Shown here piece by piece: positions 27,595-40,164 of a stretch of DNA of 64,000 nt. Origin of the DNA: Octopus sinensis (taxonomy: Eukaryota); contig NC_042999.1 in the NCBI RefSeq assembly GCF_006345805.1, forward strand, positions 21,824,001 to 21,888,000, written 5' to 3'. A model generated the notes under the pieces. It searched no databases. It was not told the origin of the DNA and worked only from the letters and a program-made list of their open reading frames with translations. Every line of letters begins with the position of its first letter. Positions within the stretch are counted from its first letter, which is position 1. A program made the position numbers and the translations under genes.

Positions 27595-27820
27595 AATTAT
27601 TGCCCACAAGGAGCTAAACATAGAAGGGACAATCAAGGACTGACAAAGGGATTAAGTCAATTACATTGACCCCAGTACGTAACTGGTACTTAATTTATCG
27701 ACCCTGAAAGGTTGAAAGGCAAAGTCGACCTCGGCGGCATTTGAACTCAGAACGTAACGGCAGATGAAATACCGCTAAGCATTTCGCCCAGCGTGCCAAA
27801 GATTCTGCTAGCTCACCACC
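27595..27820 (-). mobile_element. S1 SINE
   Basis: Reverse complement of the S1 consensus. Confidence 0.88.
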
Positions 27821-28034
27821 TAGGCATGGCATTTAACACTAGGAAATTGGCGGCCAACTGGCAGTCTCACTATATAGACGTTATCATGGTGTATATTATT
27901 TAACTGCTCCTTAGATTCCGTAAGCGGATTGCGGGCACGCTAGGGCACTGCCGCGGAGGGTTTTGTATGTCTCTAGCTGAACCGCTAAGTTACGAGTACG
28001 TAAGCAAAACAAGACCAGTTGTGAAATAGTCATA

Positions 28035-28073
28035 CACACGCACACAGACATAAACACACACCACACACACACA

Positions 28074-28117
<44 letters not shown>

Positions 28118-28264
28118 CATATATATATACAATATATATACATATATATATATATATATACATATATATGTATGTATATATATGTATGTGTATATATATA
28201 TATATACATATATATATATGTATATAAATATATATATATACATATATATGTATGTATATATATG

Positions 28265-28346
<82 letters not shown>
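28035..28346. repeat. (AC)n/(AT)n/(TATG) compound microsatellite
   Basis: Direct inspection. Confidence 0.95.
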
Positions 28347-28348
<2 letters not shown>

Positions 28349-29789
28349 TAGTGGGTACCGGTTTTCTTCCCTACTTCAAGGAGTGACGACCCTGCCTAAC
28401 ACGAATCCCGGGCTCAGCCGGCTCCGGTTGACAGTCCTCGGTATGGGCCTCTATCCAGGGTTACGGAAAGGAGACAACCTTCAAAGAAATCCGGAGTGGA
28501 GCCCCGTCGGTGGTTTAGTGTTCGACTCGGCATTCTTCCGTTAGCTCCTGCAACCAAGATGGTGCCAAACGTAATGCTTTGCACTCCTTTGGACTACGTC
28601 AGCAAGGTCGAGAGAGGAATCCTGTTGATTGGGCTACCCAGGATTTTCTTACGTCTAGCCCAGGCCTGCGCAAAACTGGAGAAGACATGAAATGTAAAAA
28701 CCCGACTGCTTTAGTTTATGCGCGACTCCATTGTCTCCCGAGACAAAAGGATGCCAACAACAATATATATACTCCTTTTTACTGTAAGTACAAGGTCTGA
28801 ACTTTGTGGGAAGGCAGTCAGTTGATTACATTGATCCCAGTACTCAACTGGTACTTATTTTATCGACTCCCAAAAGGATGAAATGGGAAGTTGGCCTCGG
28901 AAGAATTTGAACTCAGAACTTACACACGGAAGAAATGCTGCTAAACATATATATATATATATATATAATATATATATATATCTTTTACCTGTTTCAGTTA
29001 TCTCACTACGGCCATGCTGGGGCACCAAGTTGTAGGGTTTAGTCGAGCAAATCCACCCCAGGACGTGTGTGTATGTGTGTGTGTATGTGTATGTGTGTGT
29101 GTGTGTGTGTGTTTGTGTATGTGTGTGTGCACGCGCGCGTGTGTGTGTGTGTGATGGGTTTTCACAAATATTCCGCCTATGAAGTTAATTGAAAAAGCAA
29201 AACATTAGCCCATGGTGGCGCGCAGTTGGAAAGAACACGAATCCACATGCTTGCAAAATGAGTTTCTTAACCGTATACCCATGCCTTTACCTCCCACAAA
29301 ACAGTTTAAAATGACATCAACACCACGGTGAAGAAGATATGTATGTAATACTGCTATTCTATATACATCGTAAAGTGCATATTCTTGTATGATGAGACGT
29401 CCAGTTAATAATATATTTTCAATAAAGACAAATTGTAAACTTATGGATTTATATTCCCACTTTAGAATTTTTAATTACGTTTCTTATTTGTTTAACATCT
29501 GTTCTGTGACTCAAATAACGGGTATCTATCTTGTCGTTTGTGAATAGCGACGAAAGCCCATTGCACTTTAAATGTTGCTTGCTTATAATAACTACTAGAT
29601 ATCTGGTTGTTGCGATACTGCTGTCAGCCGTCGGTAGAACCATTCAGTTAGCTGCCTACGAATCGATGATTTCGTGTTTGGATTTGGTTTTAAAGATTCT
29701 CCCCAGACACAACAGAATCGTTGATTGATTTACGAGAAATAAATTCTATCAGTTTCACCGCCAAATAATTCTACGAAATGTAACTCCAA

Positions 29790-29870
29790 ATATTTCACGA
29801 GAAATTCCTGTATTGTGTGTTTCCCCATTCTATTAAATGTAAGAGCTACCATTCGCGCTATATAAAGCAA
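29790..29870 (+). promoter_or_regulatory. Candidate TATA promoter with kB-like/STAT-like site
   Basis: TATATAAA at 29859-29866; GAGAAATTCC at 29799-29808 overlapping TTCACGAGAA; donor-like GTAAGA at 29997. Motif inspection only. Confidence 0.25.
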
Positions 29871-30454
29871 CATTGGTTATAAAGCAATAATTTGCCGTTT
29901 TTTTCGACAGCTTCAACAGATTTAAACTCCGTTTAAATATAGAAAACAAGCGCATAAACTTATCTATATGTAATAAAAACTGGAACGTAACTAGGTGTAA
30001 GATTTTTTCTCAAAGAAATGTTACAGTGAGGTTTGTGTGTTAATAACGCAGGTCTTTGCTATGAACGCCCTCGGATCATCAGGCATTGTATTCCTACCTG
30101 ATTTGCTCTCCTAGTTTACGAATTCTTCTGATAATTCTGAACTTCACCGAAGATGTTTCTTTTTTTTTTCTGACATAGAAAATGTTAAAATCGCTGAGCA
30201 TTTTGTCTGGCGTACTGACGGTTCTACCGGCTAGCCGCCTTATACTGAAGTATATCTACTCCTTTTTACTGTAAGTAGAAGGCCTGAACTTTGTGGGAAG
30301 GCAGTCAGTTGATTACATTGACCCCAGTACTCAACTGGTACTTATTTTATCGACCCCCAAAAGGATGAAATGTAAAGTTGGCCTCGGCAGAATTTGAACT
30401 CAGAACAAACACGGAAGAAATGCCGCTAAGCATTTCATCTAGCGTACTAAAGAC

Positions 30455-30770
30455 TCCGCCGGTTACGACGACGAGGGTCCCAGCTGATACGATCAACGGA
30501 ACAGCTTGCTCGTGAAATTAACGTGCAAATGGCTGAGCATTCCACAGACACGTGTACCCTTAACGTAGTTCTCGGGGATAATCAGCGTGACACAGAGAGT
30601 GACAAGGCTGACCCTTTGAAATACAAGTACAACTCATTTTTGCCAGCTGAGTGGACTGGAGCAACGTGAAATAAAGTGTCTTGCTCAAGGACACAACGCG
30701 TCGCCGGGAATCGAACTCACAACCTTACGATCATGAGCCGAATGCCCTAACCACTAAGCCACGCGCCCTC
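30455..30770 (-). mobile_element. S4-headed SINE with tail type A
   Basis: Minus-strand head GAGGGCGCGTGGCTTAGTGGTTAGGGCATTCGGCTCATGA; tail shared with S3-headed copies at 50396 and 58958. Confidence 0.9.
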
Positions 30771-30839
30771 ACTAGCGTAATAACGTTGTTGCCAGTTACC
30801 CAACTTATGAATCAATATTTATGCTGCTACTACCGACCA

Positions 30840-31410
30840 TGAGCTGGCAGAAACGTTAGCACGCCGGACGAAATGCGTAGCCGTATTTCGTCTGTTGTAA
30901 CGTTCTGAGTTCAAATTCCGCCGAGGTCGACTTTGCTTTTCATCCTTTTCGGGTCGATTAAATAAGTACAATTACGCACTGGGGTCGATATAATCTACTT
31001 AATCCGTTTGCCTGTCCTTTTTTGTCTTCTCTACGTTTAGCCCCTTGTGAGTAGTAAAGAAATAGGTATTTCGTCTGCCGCTGCGGTCTGTGTTCAAATT
31101 CCGCCGAGGTCGACTTTGCCTTTCATCCTTTCGGGGTCGATAAATTAAGTACCAGTTACGCACTGAGGTCGATGTAATCGACTTAACCCATTTGTCTGTC
31201 CTTGTTTGTCCCTTCTGTGTTTAGCCCCTTGTGGGTAATAAAGAAATAGGTATTTCGTCTGCCGCTACGGTCTGTGTTCAAATTCCGCCGAGGTCGACTT
31301 TGCCTTTTATCCTTTCGGGGTCGATAACTTAAGTACTAGTTGCGTACTGGGGTCGATGTAATCGACTGGCCCCCTCCTCAAAAATTTCGGGCTTTATGCC
31401 TAGAGTAGAA
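30840..31410 (+). mobile_element. S1 SINE with three tandem about 184-bp body units
   Basis: Junction AAAGAAATAG|GTATTTCGTCTGCC near 31066 and 31250. Confidence 0.9.
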
Positions 31411-32465
31411 ACGAAAATTTATAATACTACTTCGCAAGCATTTTGCCGGTAAATAATTTCATTACTTCTTTCAGTTCAACATAAAAGGAGATATTTGTTT
31501 AATATATCTCAGTCAGGGTTCAATCAGTGTGCAAGAACTTATGCATGTAGTTTCTACATAGATTATTAAATTATGTGTGCAGAACCAGTTATCGGATTGG
31601 GTTATCACAACTGTAGTGCACGAGGACATTTGATACAAGCTGTACGGACCAAGAAGTGCTCGATATATCTCTGTAAAGACCGGAGTACCGTTTAATATGT
31701 GTTAAGCGGTTACTTAACAAAGCTGGAAATCTTCACACACACGGTATGTTTTGGTACTTCTCTGATTAGAAAACTTTCGACAAAGACGAGAGGCTTAACA
31801 GGAGATATGACAGGCGTTTGTGTGTAGATCTTTATAATGCGCCCAGAGTGATGTCCACTAAGTTTCTAGCTGCAATGGTTTTAGAAGTGGTGAGTAACGA
31901 AGGACAAGCCACCTCACATCATTCAATAGGGGTATTAAAATTATGCCAAACACTGAGAGTTGTTAAACCCTCGATGGATGACGTATACAGTGAAAGGCTA
32001 TGCGCGTTACAACAATACATAGTTCTTGTGCACAAAGGCCTTATAATCCAAGAATGGATGTTAGGAAATATTTATGATTATATAACATGAATTAAGTGAT
32101 CTCTAAACTGACCAGATTCACATTTCATGAAAGGCTGCTTGGGTAGTTTTTCAAAGGGAGATTATTCGACATCCTCACAACACTGTAGATTCTCTCTGAA
32201 GTACGCCATTGTCCAGGAGATGAGAGAAATGAATAATGACCGTTTAGTACAAGCGGGAAAAAGACTTCAGTGTTTAAGCGAAGGAGTGAACAGAACTGAA
32301 TGCGGCTCCGTAGAATAATATGAAAACGCTGCTTATCGAAAGGATGTGCACAAAACTTTATTAGAAAACTTTTTTTTGTTTTTGTGTTTGTGTTAGATTA
32401 GAGTTGTTTTATTAACTACCAAGTATGTCTTCAAATACCTCTTGTTCACACCCTGTGTGTATACA

Positions 32466-32556
32466 TATAGACAGACAGACAGACATATAGATAGATAGAT
32501 AGATAGATAGACAGCTAGATAGATAGACAGATATATGGATAAAGGGATAGACAGAC

Positions 32557-32587
<31 letters not shown>

Positions 32588-32632
32588 CAGCTAGATAGAT
32601 AGACAGATATATGGATAAAGAGATAGACAGAC

Positions 32633-32663
<31 letters not shown>

Positions 32664-32708
32664 CAGCTAGATAGATAGACAGATATATGGATAAAGGGAT
32701 AGACAGAC

Positions 32709-32743
<35 letters not shown>

Positions 32744-32788
32744 CAGCTAGATAGATAGACAGATATATGGATAAAGAGATAGACAGAC

Positions 32789-32819
<31 letters not shown>

Positions 32820-32864
32820 CAGCTAGATAGATAGACAGATATATGGATAAAGAGATAGACAGAC

Positions 32865-32899
<35 letters not shown>

Positions 32900-32944
32900 C
32901 AGCTAGATAGATAGACAGATATATGGATAAAGAGATAGACAGAC

Positions 32945-32975
<31 letters not shown>

Positions 32976-33020
32976 CAGCTAGATAGATAGACAGATATAT
33001 GGATAAAGAGATAGACAGAC

Positions 33021-33051
<31 letters not shown>

Positions 33052-33120
33052 CAGCTAGATAGATAGACAGATATATGGATAAAGAGATAGACAGACAGAT
33101 AGATAGATAGATAGATAGAT
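32466..33120. repeat. Higher-order (GATA/GACA) minisatellite
   Basis: Eight units of about 76-80 bp, each with AGCT and ATATATGGATAAAG landmarks. Confidence 0.95.
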
Positions 33121-33542
33121 ACACCTACTCACACACACACACAACATTATCATCACCACCATTATTATAAGTATTAACGTCGCCGCAGTCGTTTTTGTTA
33201 TCGTCATTCATATCGCCGTGGTCGTCATTGTTATCTTCGCTGTTGTCGTCCTCCTCCTCATCATCATCATTACCATTACCATCACCGATTTGTACCGATG
33301 GCAATAAACATCTTACTTTCCCCCCAACCAAAAAAAAAGAAGAAGAAAAATTTAATGAACGCAAAGTACACATTTCATTCACTACGAAGTCGTTGCTAAT
33401 GGCGTTGCTAACTTGTAGACTGATTTCTAAAATGAGGATGTTAACGTTATCAGTAAAGTCTTCTAAAACACACAAAAAAAAAAAAATTTAAACCAGCGCC
33501 GGCGATATTGAGAATATAAAAATTCCTTCCGCTTTTCTTCAG

Positions 33543-33655
33543 AGGTCGCTGTCATTTCACCTTGGATTATGTACATGCATTTTGCTTGGTTTTTCTTCCC
33601 AATTGCCGCTGTTATTAAGCCAAATTTGCAAGATTGGCAGGGAAATTAGAGAACT
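33543..33655 (+). other. Candidate 5'UTR exon, possibly of the TLR
   Basis: Strong acceptor ttccttccgcttttcttcag| and donor |gtaagt in unique DNA. Another strong acceptor ttgtttcttgtttcag| at 39705 lies 460 bp upstream of the TLR ATG. Confidence 0.45.
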
Positions 33656-34053
33656 GTAAGTATTCCTTTTCTAGTTTTCTTTAAATGTATTTAAGTGTAT
33701 ATTTGTTATCATAGCCATTTATACTGAACCGCCGTGGGACGTTACAGGGCGGGTAATACTGCCACATATAAGAAATAGCTGAAAAACCACTAAGATATTG
33801 CAATTTGCTACTCTGAAAAAAATTGGCAATGTAGAATGTAGTTCTAAATTTATCTAAGATGCATTGTTTTTAACAAAAAAACTCCATAATGAATGTTATC
33901 TGAGCAGATGTACTGCAGAATCTAGCCTATCAACTATTAACAGTGGGCACACATTAATATGATACATAGATGCCTATTTCAATTAAATACAGCATCAAAT
34001 ACGTATACCGGATTTTTAAAAAAAATGGACTTTTATTCGTAACATAAGTGAGT

Positions 34054-34460
34054 AATTATGTACATTATTTAACTTATTTATATTATTTACATTTGACGGA
34101 TATTTGTTCTCATCTTGTTTCTTAACACAATGCTAGGACGCAAAACCTCCTAAGCAGACTGAGTGCAGATATGAATAGCATACGAGAACCGGTATTAAGG
34201 AAGGATAGGAAAATATTAGATTTATAAACCCTAAAATTTACTCTATAATTGCCCACGCGGGCCACTAACCCCAAGATTCCGAGTTCGATTCCAGGCAGTG
34301 ACCTTAATAATAATAATATCGTAAAATAACTTAGGAATGAGAACCCAGGTTCGAAATTTCCCCAAGACACCTGATGAAGGCTGGAGGGTATATACGCCAG
34401 AACGTAGTGCTAACAACAAACAAGATGAGGACAAATATCCATCAAATGTAAATAATGTAT
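34054..34460 (+). mobile_element. Family A element (partial tRNA-like head plus hammerhead) with inverted 3' end
   Basis: CTAACCCCAAGATTCCGAGTTCGATTCC, then GACAC CTGATGA AGGCTG at 34366; 34054-34130 is the inverse of 34400-34460. Confidence 0.8.
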
Positions 34461-34597
34461 CAGTGAGTTTTATTCATCATCTCCTATGTCAGAGACAATG
34501 AATTCTCGTCCAAGGACAAGGCTAGGTTTATATATCCGTCAGAAGTATTTTTTCTGTCTTCCTCACTCTCTCTATCTCTCTCTCTCTCTCTCATTAT

Positions 34598-34684
<87 letters not shown>

Positions 34685-35337
34685 GGGTGCGGTAAATAAA
34701 CTATCGTCTAATTACGCCAAAAGGAAAATTTTAGCAGAACGTAATTAAGATTCAGTAGAATTAGGTATTAAAATTGAGGCACCTTGTTTGGTCGATCGAA
34801 TTAGCACAGCTAAACAATATCGGGTGAATATAAAATTCTGTGCAGAAGTATTTGCGCTTGATATTCTTGCACTGCATGCATATAACACGACTCAACTTAG
34901 TAAAGAGATCTGCTGTTGGTTATTCAGACATGTACTTTATATAAATATACAAAATTTCCGAAGTGCAGATTTCAGGGTAGGTGAATATGATATAAATGAG
35001 TAACACGGGTGTACAGGTGTCAATTCATGGATTGACACATGCACATCTATGTTACTCATTTATAATTCATTTTAACAGATAAATTTACCAAAATATCTTG
35101 AAATACTATAAGTGAATGTATTCAACACAATCGCCATTGACTTCAACCACAGCCGCCAGATGATTTCGAAACTGTTCTGGATGTTCTCCTTGTTTAAGCA
35201 TGATCACAGCTCATTAGCTGAAACTAAATCAATCAAATCAAATCAAGTCATGTATATACATAGCCTTCAGAGCTGATTTGGTAGAGAGAATCTGAAAGAA
35301 GCCTGTCGTGTGTGTATATATATATATATGTATATAT

Positions 35338-35753
35338 TACTCTCTTTACTCTTTTACTCTTTTACTTGTTTCAGTCATTTGACTGCAGCCATGCTGGAGC
35401 ACCGCCTTTAGTCGAGCAAATCGCCCCCAGGACTTATTCTTTTTAAGCCCAGTACTTATTCTATCGGTCTCTTTTGCCGAACCGCTAAGTGACGGGGACG
35501 TAAACACACCAGCACCGGTTGTCAAGCAATGCTAGGGGGACAAACACAGACACACAAGCATGCACACACATATATATATACATACATATATACGACGGGC
35601 TTCTTTCAGTTTCCGTCTACCAGATCCACTCACAAGACTTTGGTTGGCCCGAGGCTATAGTAGAAGACACTTGCCCAAGATGCCACGCAGTGGGACTGAA
35701 CCCGGAACCATGTGGTTGGTAAGTAAGCTACTTACCACACAGCCACTCCTGCG

Positions 35754-35755
<2 letters not shown>
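35338..35755 (-). mobile_element. S2 SINE, full length
   Basis: Reverse complement of S2 with an (AGTAAAAG)n tail. Confidence 0.93.
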
Positions 35756-35837
<82 letters not shown>

Positions 35838-36414
35838 AGGCCAACGAGAGTACGGACGTCGCTATATATACTATATGTAGAAAAATACAAACTGCCTTTA
35901 TCGGCAGACGAAGACGACGATGTTCCAAATACGCCGGCTAAACTTGTTGTACTGTTTATTAGCCGTAAGACACCCGCTGTTTTTGTCCTGTTTTTACCAT
36001 TATTGTTTTTTGTATTTTATATTCGTGTGGCATCGTCCGTTTTTCTTTCCCTGTTTCGTATACATTCGATCCTTCTTCCAAGAAATCTAATGCTCGTAGC
36101 TTAGTTTTTCCTTGGGGCTGGCCGGATCGGAGCGATCTCAAGATTAATCAGCCGAAATTGCTGCTAGGATGATCCGGTTCTTGACTGTATCGTCTCCTAA
36201 ATGTTTTACGTTCTTGTCCCAGTTTGTATTTTTCTACATATAATATATATATATATATATAAATGTATGTATGTATGTATGTATGTATGTATGTATGTAT
36301 GTATGTATGTATGTATATGTATGTTTATTTGTGTGTGTTTGTATGTCTATGTCGCATGACACCTGTTGTTGGTGTGTCTACGTCCCACAAACTAAGCGGT
36401 TCGCCGAAACCGAG

Positions 36415-36464
<50 letters not shown>

Positions 36465-36488
36465 GATCATTATTGTTGTTATGCCCAC

Positions 36489-36798
36489 GGACACATGCCG
36501 TAGTGGTTAAGAGCGCGGGATACTAACCCCAAGATTCCGAGTTCGATTCCAGACAATGACCTGAATAATAATAATAATAATAAAAAGAAGAAGAAGAAGA
36601 AGAAGAAAGAAGAACATCGAAAAATACCTTAGGAGTGAGAGGCCAGGTTCGAAATTTCACCAAGATACCTGATAAAGCCTGGAAGTTATATCAGCCGAAA
36701 CGTTGTGTTAACATCAAACAAGATAATTGTTTACATTATTGAATAATGTAAATAATGTCAATAATATACATAATTCCTCGTCTCTTAAATATAGAACT
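36489..36798 (+). mobile_element. Family A element: full tRNA-like head, simple repeat, hammerhead, 3' tail into (AT)n
   Basis: A box CGTAGTGGTTAAG, B box GAGTTCGATTCC; hammerhead 36664-36709 (GATAC CTGATAA..CAGCC GAAA CGTT GTGTT). Confidence 0.82.
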
Positions 36799-36804
36799 AT
36801 AATA

Positions 36805-36841
<37 letters not shown>

Positions 36842-37068
36842 ATATATATATATAAACATATATACACATATATTTACATATGTATATATACATATATGTG
36901 TGTGTGTATGTATGTATGTATGTATGTATGTATGTATATATATGTGTGTGCGTCTGTGTGTGTATGCATCCATACATGTAATTGTTTAAAGAGGACACCA
37001 AATGTTAAAGCAAGGCAAACATCTCATGTCATGTACATTATTATCATTATTATTGAGAAAACTTCAAA

Positions 37069-37099
37069 GTCTTACAGCTGTTTCCGGGACATCGGAGAC
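37069..37099 (-). ncRNA. Family C hammerhead-like motif, stem II deleted
   Basis: GTCT CCGATG..GAAA CAGCT GTA AGAC; fuller copy at 61275. Confidence 0.55.
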
Positions 37100-37449
37100 G
37101 AATTGGGAAAATGAGAAGGGTATAGATTAATGAAATGACGACATAGAGTACAAGAGCAAAGGAATATGGAAATGAAGAAAGAGAAGAAAAAGAATCATAA
37201 AAGTTCACAGTTTAAATTTCCGATCTTGTAGAAATAAGTCCTTCGGTGAAATCCTTCCTGCGTAAATCTATGTGGGTGAAAGTCATGATATTTTACACAA
37301 CCAGAAAAAAAAACGTAAACATATCAACGTTCAATAACAGAATGGTGGCGAAGGTAGCTATTAAGTGGTAAATACAAAGATAAATAGAAAGAGAGGTAGA
37401 TAGAGTGGGGGAGGAAGTTAAGAATTGGCGCTAAGGATAAAGTAAGGAA

Positions 37450-38030
37450 TAGAGACATCACTATTTATATCAACACACAACACCAGAAACAGTGAGGCAT
37501 TCAACACTATTGTGCAAACTCTTCCTTTACTAACTAGAAAACACACAAACTCATCAAATGCGAAAAACAAGACAAATCGTTAAAGCGACTACTAAGAAAT
37601 GAGAAGCTTTACAAAACCACGAAACCAGCGGTTGAAAAATGTGGGCGCCCAAACTGTGATACCTGCCCCAGCCTGCTTGAAGGCTCGGATTTCTTTTTCA
37701 AACAAGGACAGAGGTTCACAATCAAAACTAGTTTCACTTGTGCCTCTGAGTATCTAATTTATGTAATAACCTGCTCGGGTTGCGGACACCACTATATTGG
37801 AAAACGAGTATGGCAATGACAAAGAGAACCACTCTACATAAAGAGCAAATCCGTTTCCCGCAATACAGACAAATACTTCTCAGTGAACATATAGAAAAAT
37901 GTGCTGGTAACATGAAACCAAATTTCACAGTCTTCCCTCTCTACCAGTGCAAAGACGCAATCTCTCAGCTAGAACGTTTAACTAAACTTTTTTTCATTGA
38001 AAAATACAAAACACCTCTTAATATGCACGC
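37450..38030 (+). mobile_element. Penelope-like element ORF remnant (RT thumb, Cys linker, GIY-YIG endonuclease)
   Basis: VEKCGRPNCDTCP; FTCASEYLIYVITCSGCGHHYIG; then frameshifted KRTTLHKEQIR..LSEHIEKC..FFIEKYKTPLN. Neptune/Naiad-like architecture. Confidence 0.9.
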
Positions 38031-38388
38031 ATAACCAACTTTTCTCTTTTTACATATTTCAATTCACGATTACATCACTGTACATAAATTCCCTTACTAA
38101 ATACGTTTTTTTTAAAATTTGTCTTCCATTACTGAAAGCTGAACAGTTATCTCCCTTGCCCACAACAATAACAATAATAACGACAACCGATTACCTCCCT
38201 TTATTTATCTACTTGTGAAGTCATTCACTCGTGAATTTCATCACACGCAACATGGACAAAATTTCTTCTTAAGAAGATATATATATAAGTAAAACATAAT
38301 ATCATGAATAGCGATAGCGAAGCCGGTCGATTTATTAAAAATTATATTAAAACTATGTAAGTGTACGTATATTCCTTTTTTAATTTCG

Positions 38389-38452
<64 letters not shown>

Positions 38453-40164
38453 ATATATACACACATACGATAAGAAAGTTACCTTTGGTTTTACGTCTAT
38501 TCTTACTCCTAGCAATATACACGATTTATTAAATCCATTAACCTTTTTATTAATGGAGGCAAGAATACAGTTTTTAAACTAAACTTACCGTACTTAACAT
38601 GCTAGATGTTATGCCCTATTTGGGTGCCAATTGATACAGGCCTTACTGCAAACCTTCTGCTGTACACTTATAATGTTAAAAGATCCTAGTTAAGCGTTTT
38701 AGTAAGAGGATATCGAACCTGTCCTCGAATAAAGACACTTTCCCACACTGCGGCCTCCTATTACAACGAGGATTTGACTGCCAGCGTGTTTAAGAATCGC
38801 TTCTCTAATATGCCATAAGGTACGTACGATTATTTAATAGACACAACTTTTCATTGAGTCGTGTACTCAGTGTAAAAAAGATTTTTATGAGCGCCGCCTA
38901 AATCCCACACAGATGTACGATGGTAGGTTTAGCACACAGAGGTAGGTTTGGCAGTGAGTGCCCAACAGGTTGTCTATGTCACTCCGAGGCAGCAGCAGTA
39001 GCAGCAGCAACAGTAGCACCAACAACATAAGGAGACATAACAGAAATATCTTGGATCAACGGAACGTCTTTTAAGCTACACAGCTTCTCTATTAGGATCG
39101 CAGTGAGGCGCAACGTTATGTATTTAGCCAACTACATATGACGTTGAAGACAAACAGGAACGTCGTACAAGATTAAATGGAAGCTGAGACAGTCTGGACT
39201 ATACCTCTACGGAAGCAGACGTTCAAGAACTCCACGATTTTTTCTAATTTTGCCTTAGCAGTTTGTACCAACCAACTCTTTTAAAAATAAAATTTATGTA
39301 GGACAATATAAAAGATCAATGAATCAGACGTCTCAAGAAAAGAATTTTCCCTGATCAGCTAAGAATTAAAGAGGTCAAGCATATAGACTTTTGTAGCCAA
39401 CTGCCAAGTATTTTGGACATCTAATAAGCCTAGTAATCATATGCGATAAGAGAGTTAATGATTTTTTCATACTGTGAGTACTACGAACTTGTACTATTCG
39501 CCTCAAATATATATATAATTTAGAAATTATTTTCTCCTTCTGTCATAAGAAGCTCCCCGTAATATTTTCTATTATATCACAATGCTTCAAGCGAACTACC
39601 AAAATCTTCATGCAAGTAAATACCTAACACCGTATTTAAACAGATTAACTCTTGATGAAAATAATTGTAAAAGTCATACTGTTGATGTATTGTTTCTTGT
39701 TTCAGATCTGGGATGAAAAGAATCTTCTACGCTGATTGGTGGAAATAAACGTGTACTGGATTCACAAACATATACATGGATTTGGCAGCAATGATAGAGG
39801 TTTAATTTTATACATCTAATCGATATTATTTCCAAATTTCTAGTACCATATTTCGAATCATTTTAGTTTTTTTTGTTGTTTTTTTGGGGGTTGTTTTGTT
39901 TTTATTGCATGATCTAATAAATAAGCATCTTATATTAACTCATCGATATGATTCAAAGAATTTTAAAGAAAAAAAGTTAATGAAATAATAATTCATATAG
40001 CAAATTTTAAGAGCGGCATTAGCCTTCGTAAACAACGTTCCGATTATTGTGGCATCGTGAAATTTTGAAACAATATTTTAAAACTATGTCTAATAAAGAG
40101 AATGGTGAATTCAAATGAACACTGTGAAATTTGAAATATCCTGATAATTATTTATGGGATAAAT

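Noticed and set aside
28346-28740. HDV-like ribozyme in a GC-rich, retroelement 5'UTR-like segment
   Set aside because: A 7-bp GGGCTCA/TGGGCCT helix and TCCTCG are present, but P3 does not pair and the GG for P1.1 is missing.
33125-33491. D/N-rich and S-rich ORFs
   Set aside because: Low-complexity trinucleotide (TCG/TCA/TTA) tract.
36489-36560. Functional tRNA gene (also other SINE heads)
   Set aside because: Broken acceptor and T stems, embedded in multi-copy repeats.
38299-38333. Decayed hammerhead ATATC ATGAATA GCGATAGC GAAG CCGGTC GATTT
   Set aside because: Three core mismatches; plausible relic but not supportable alone.
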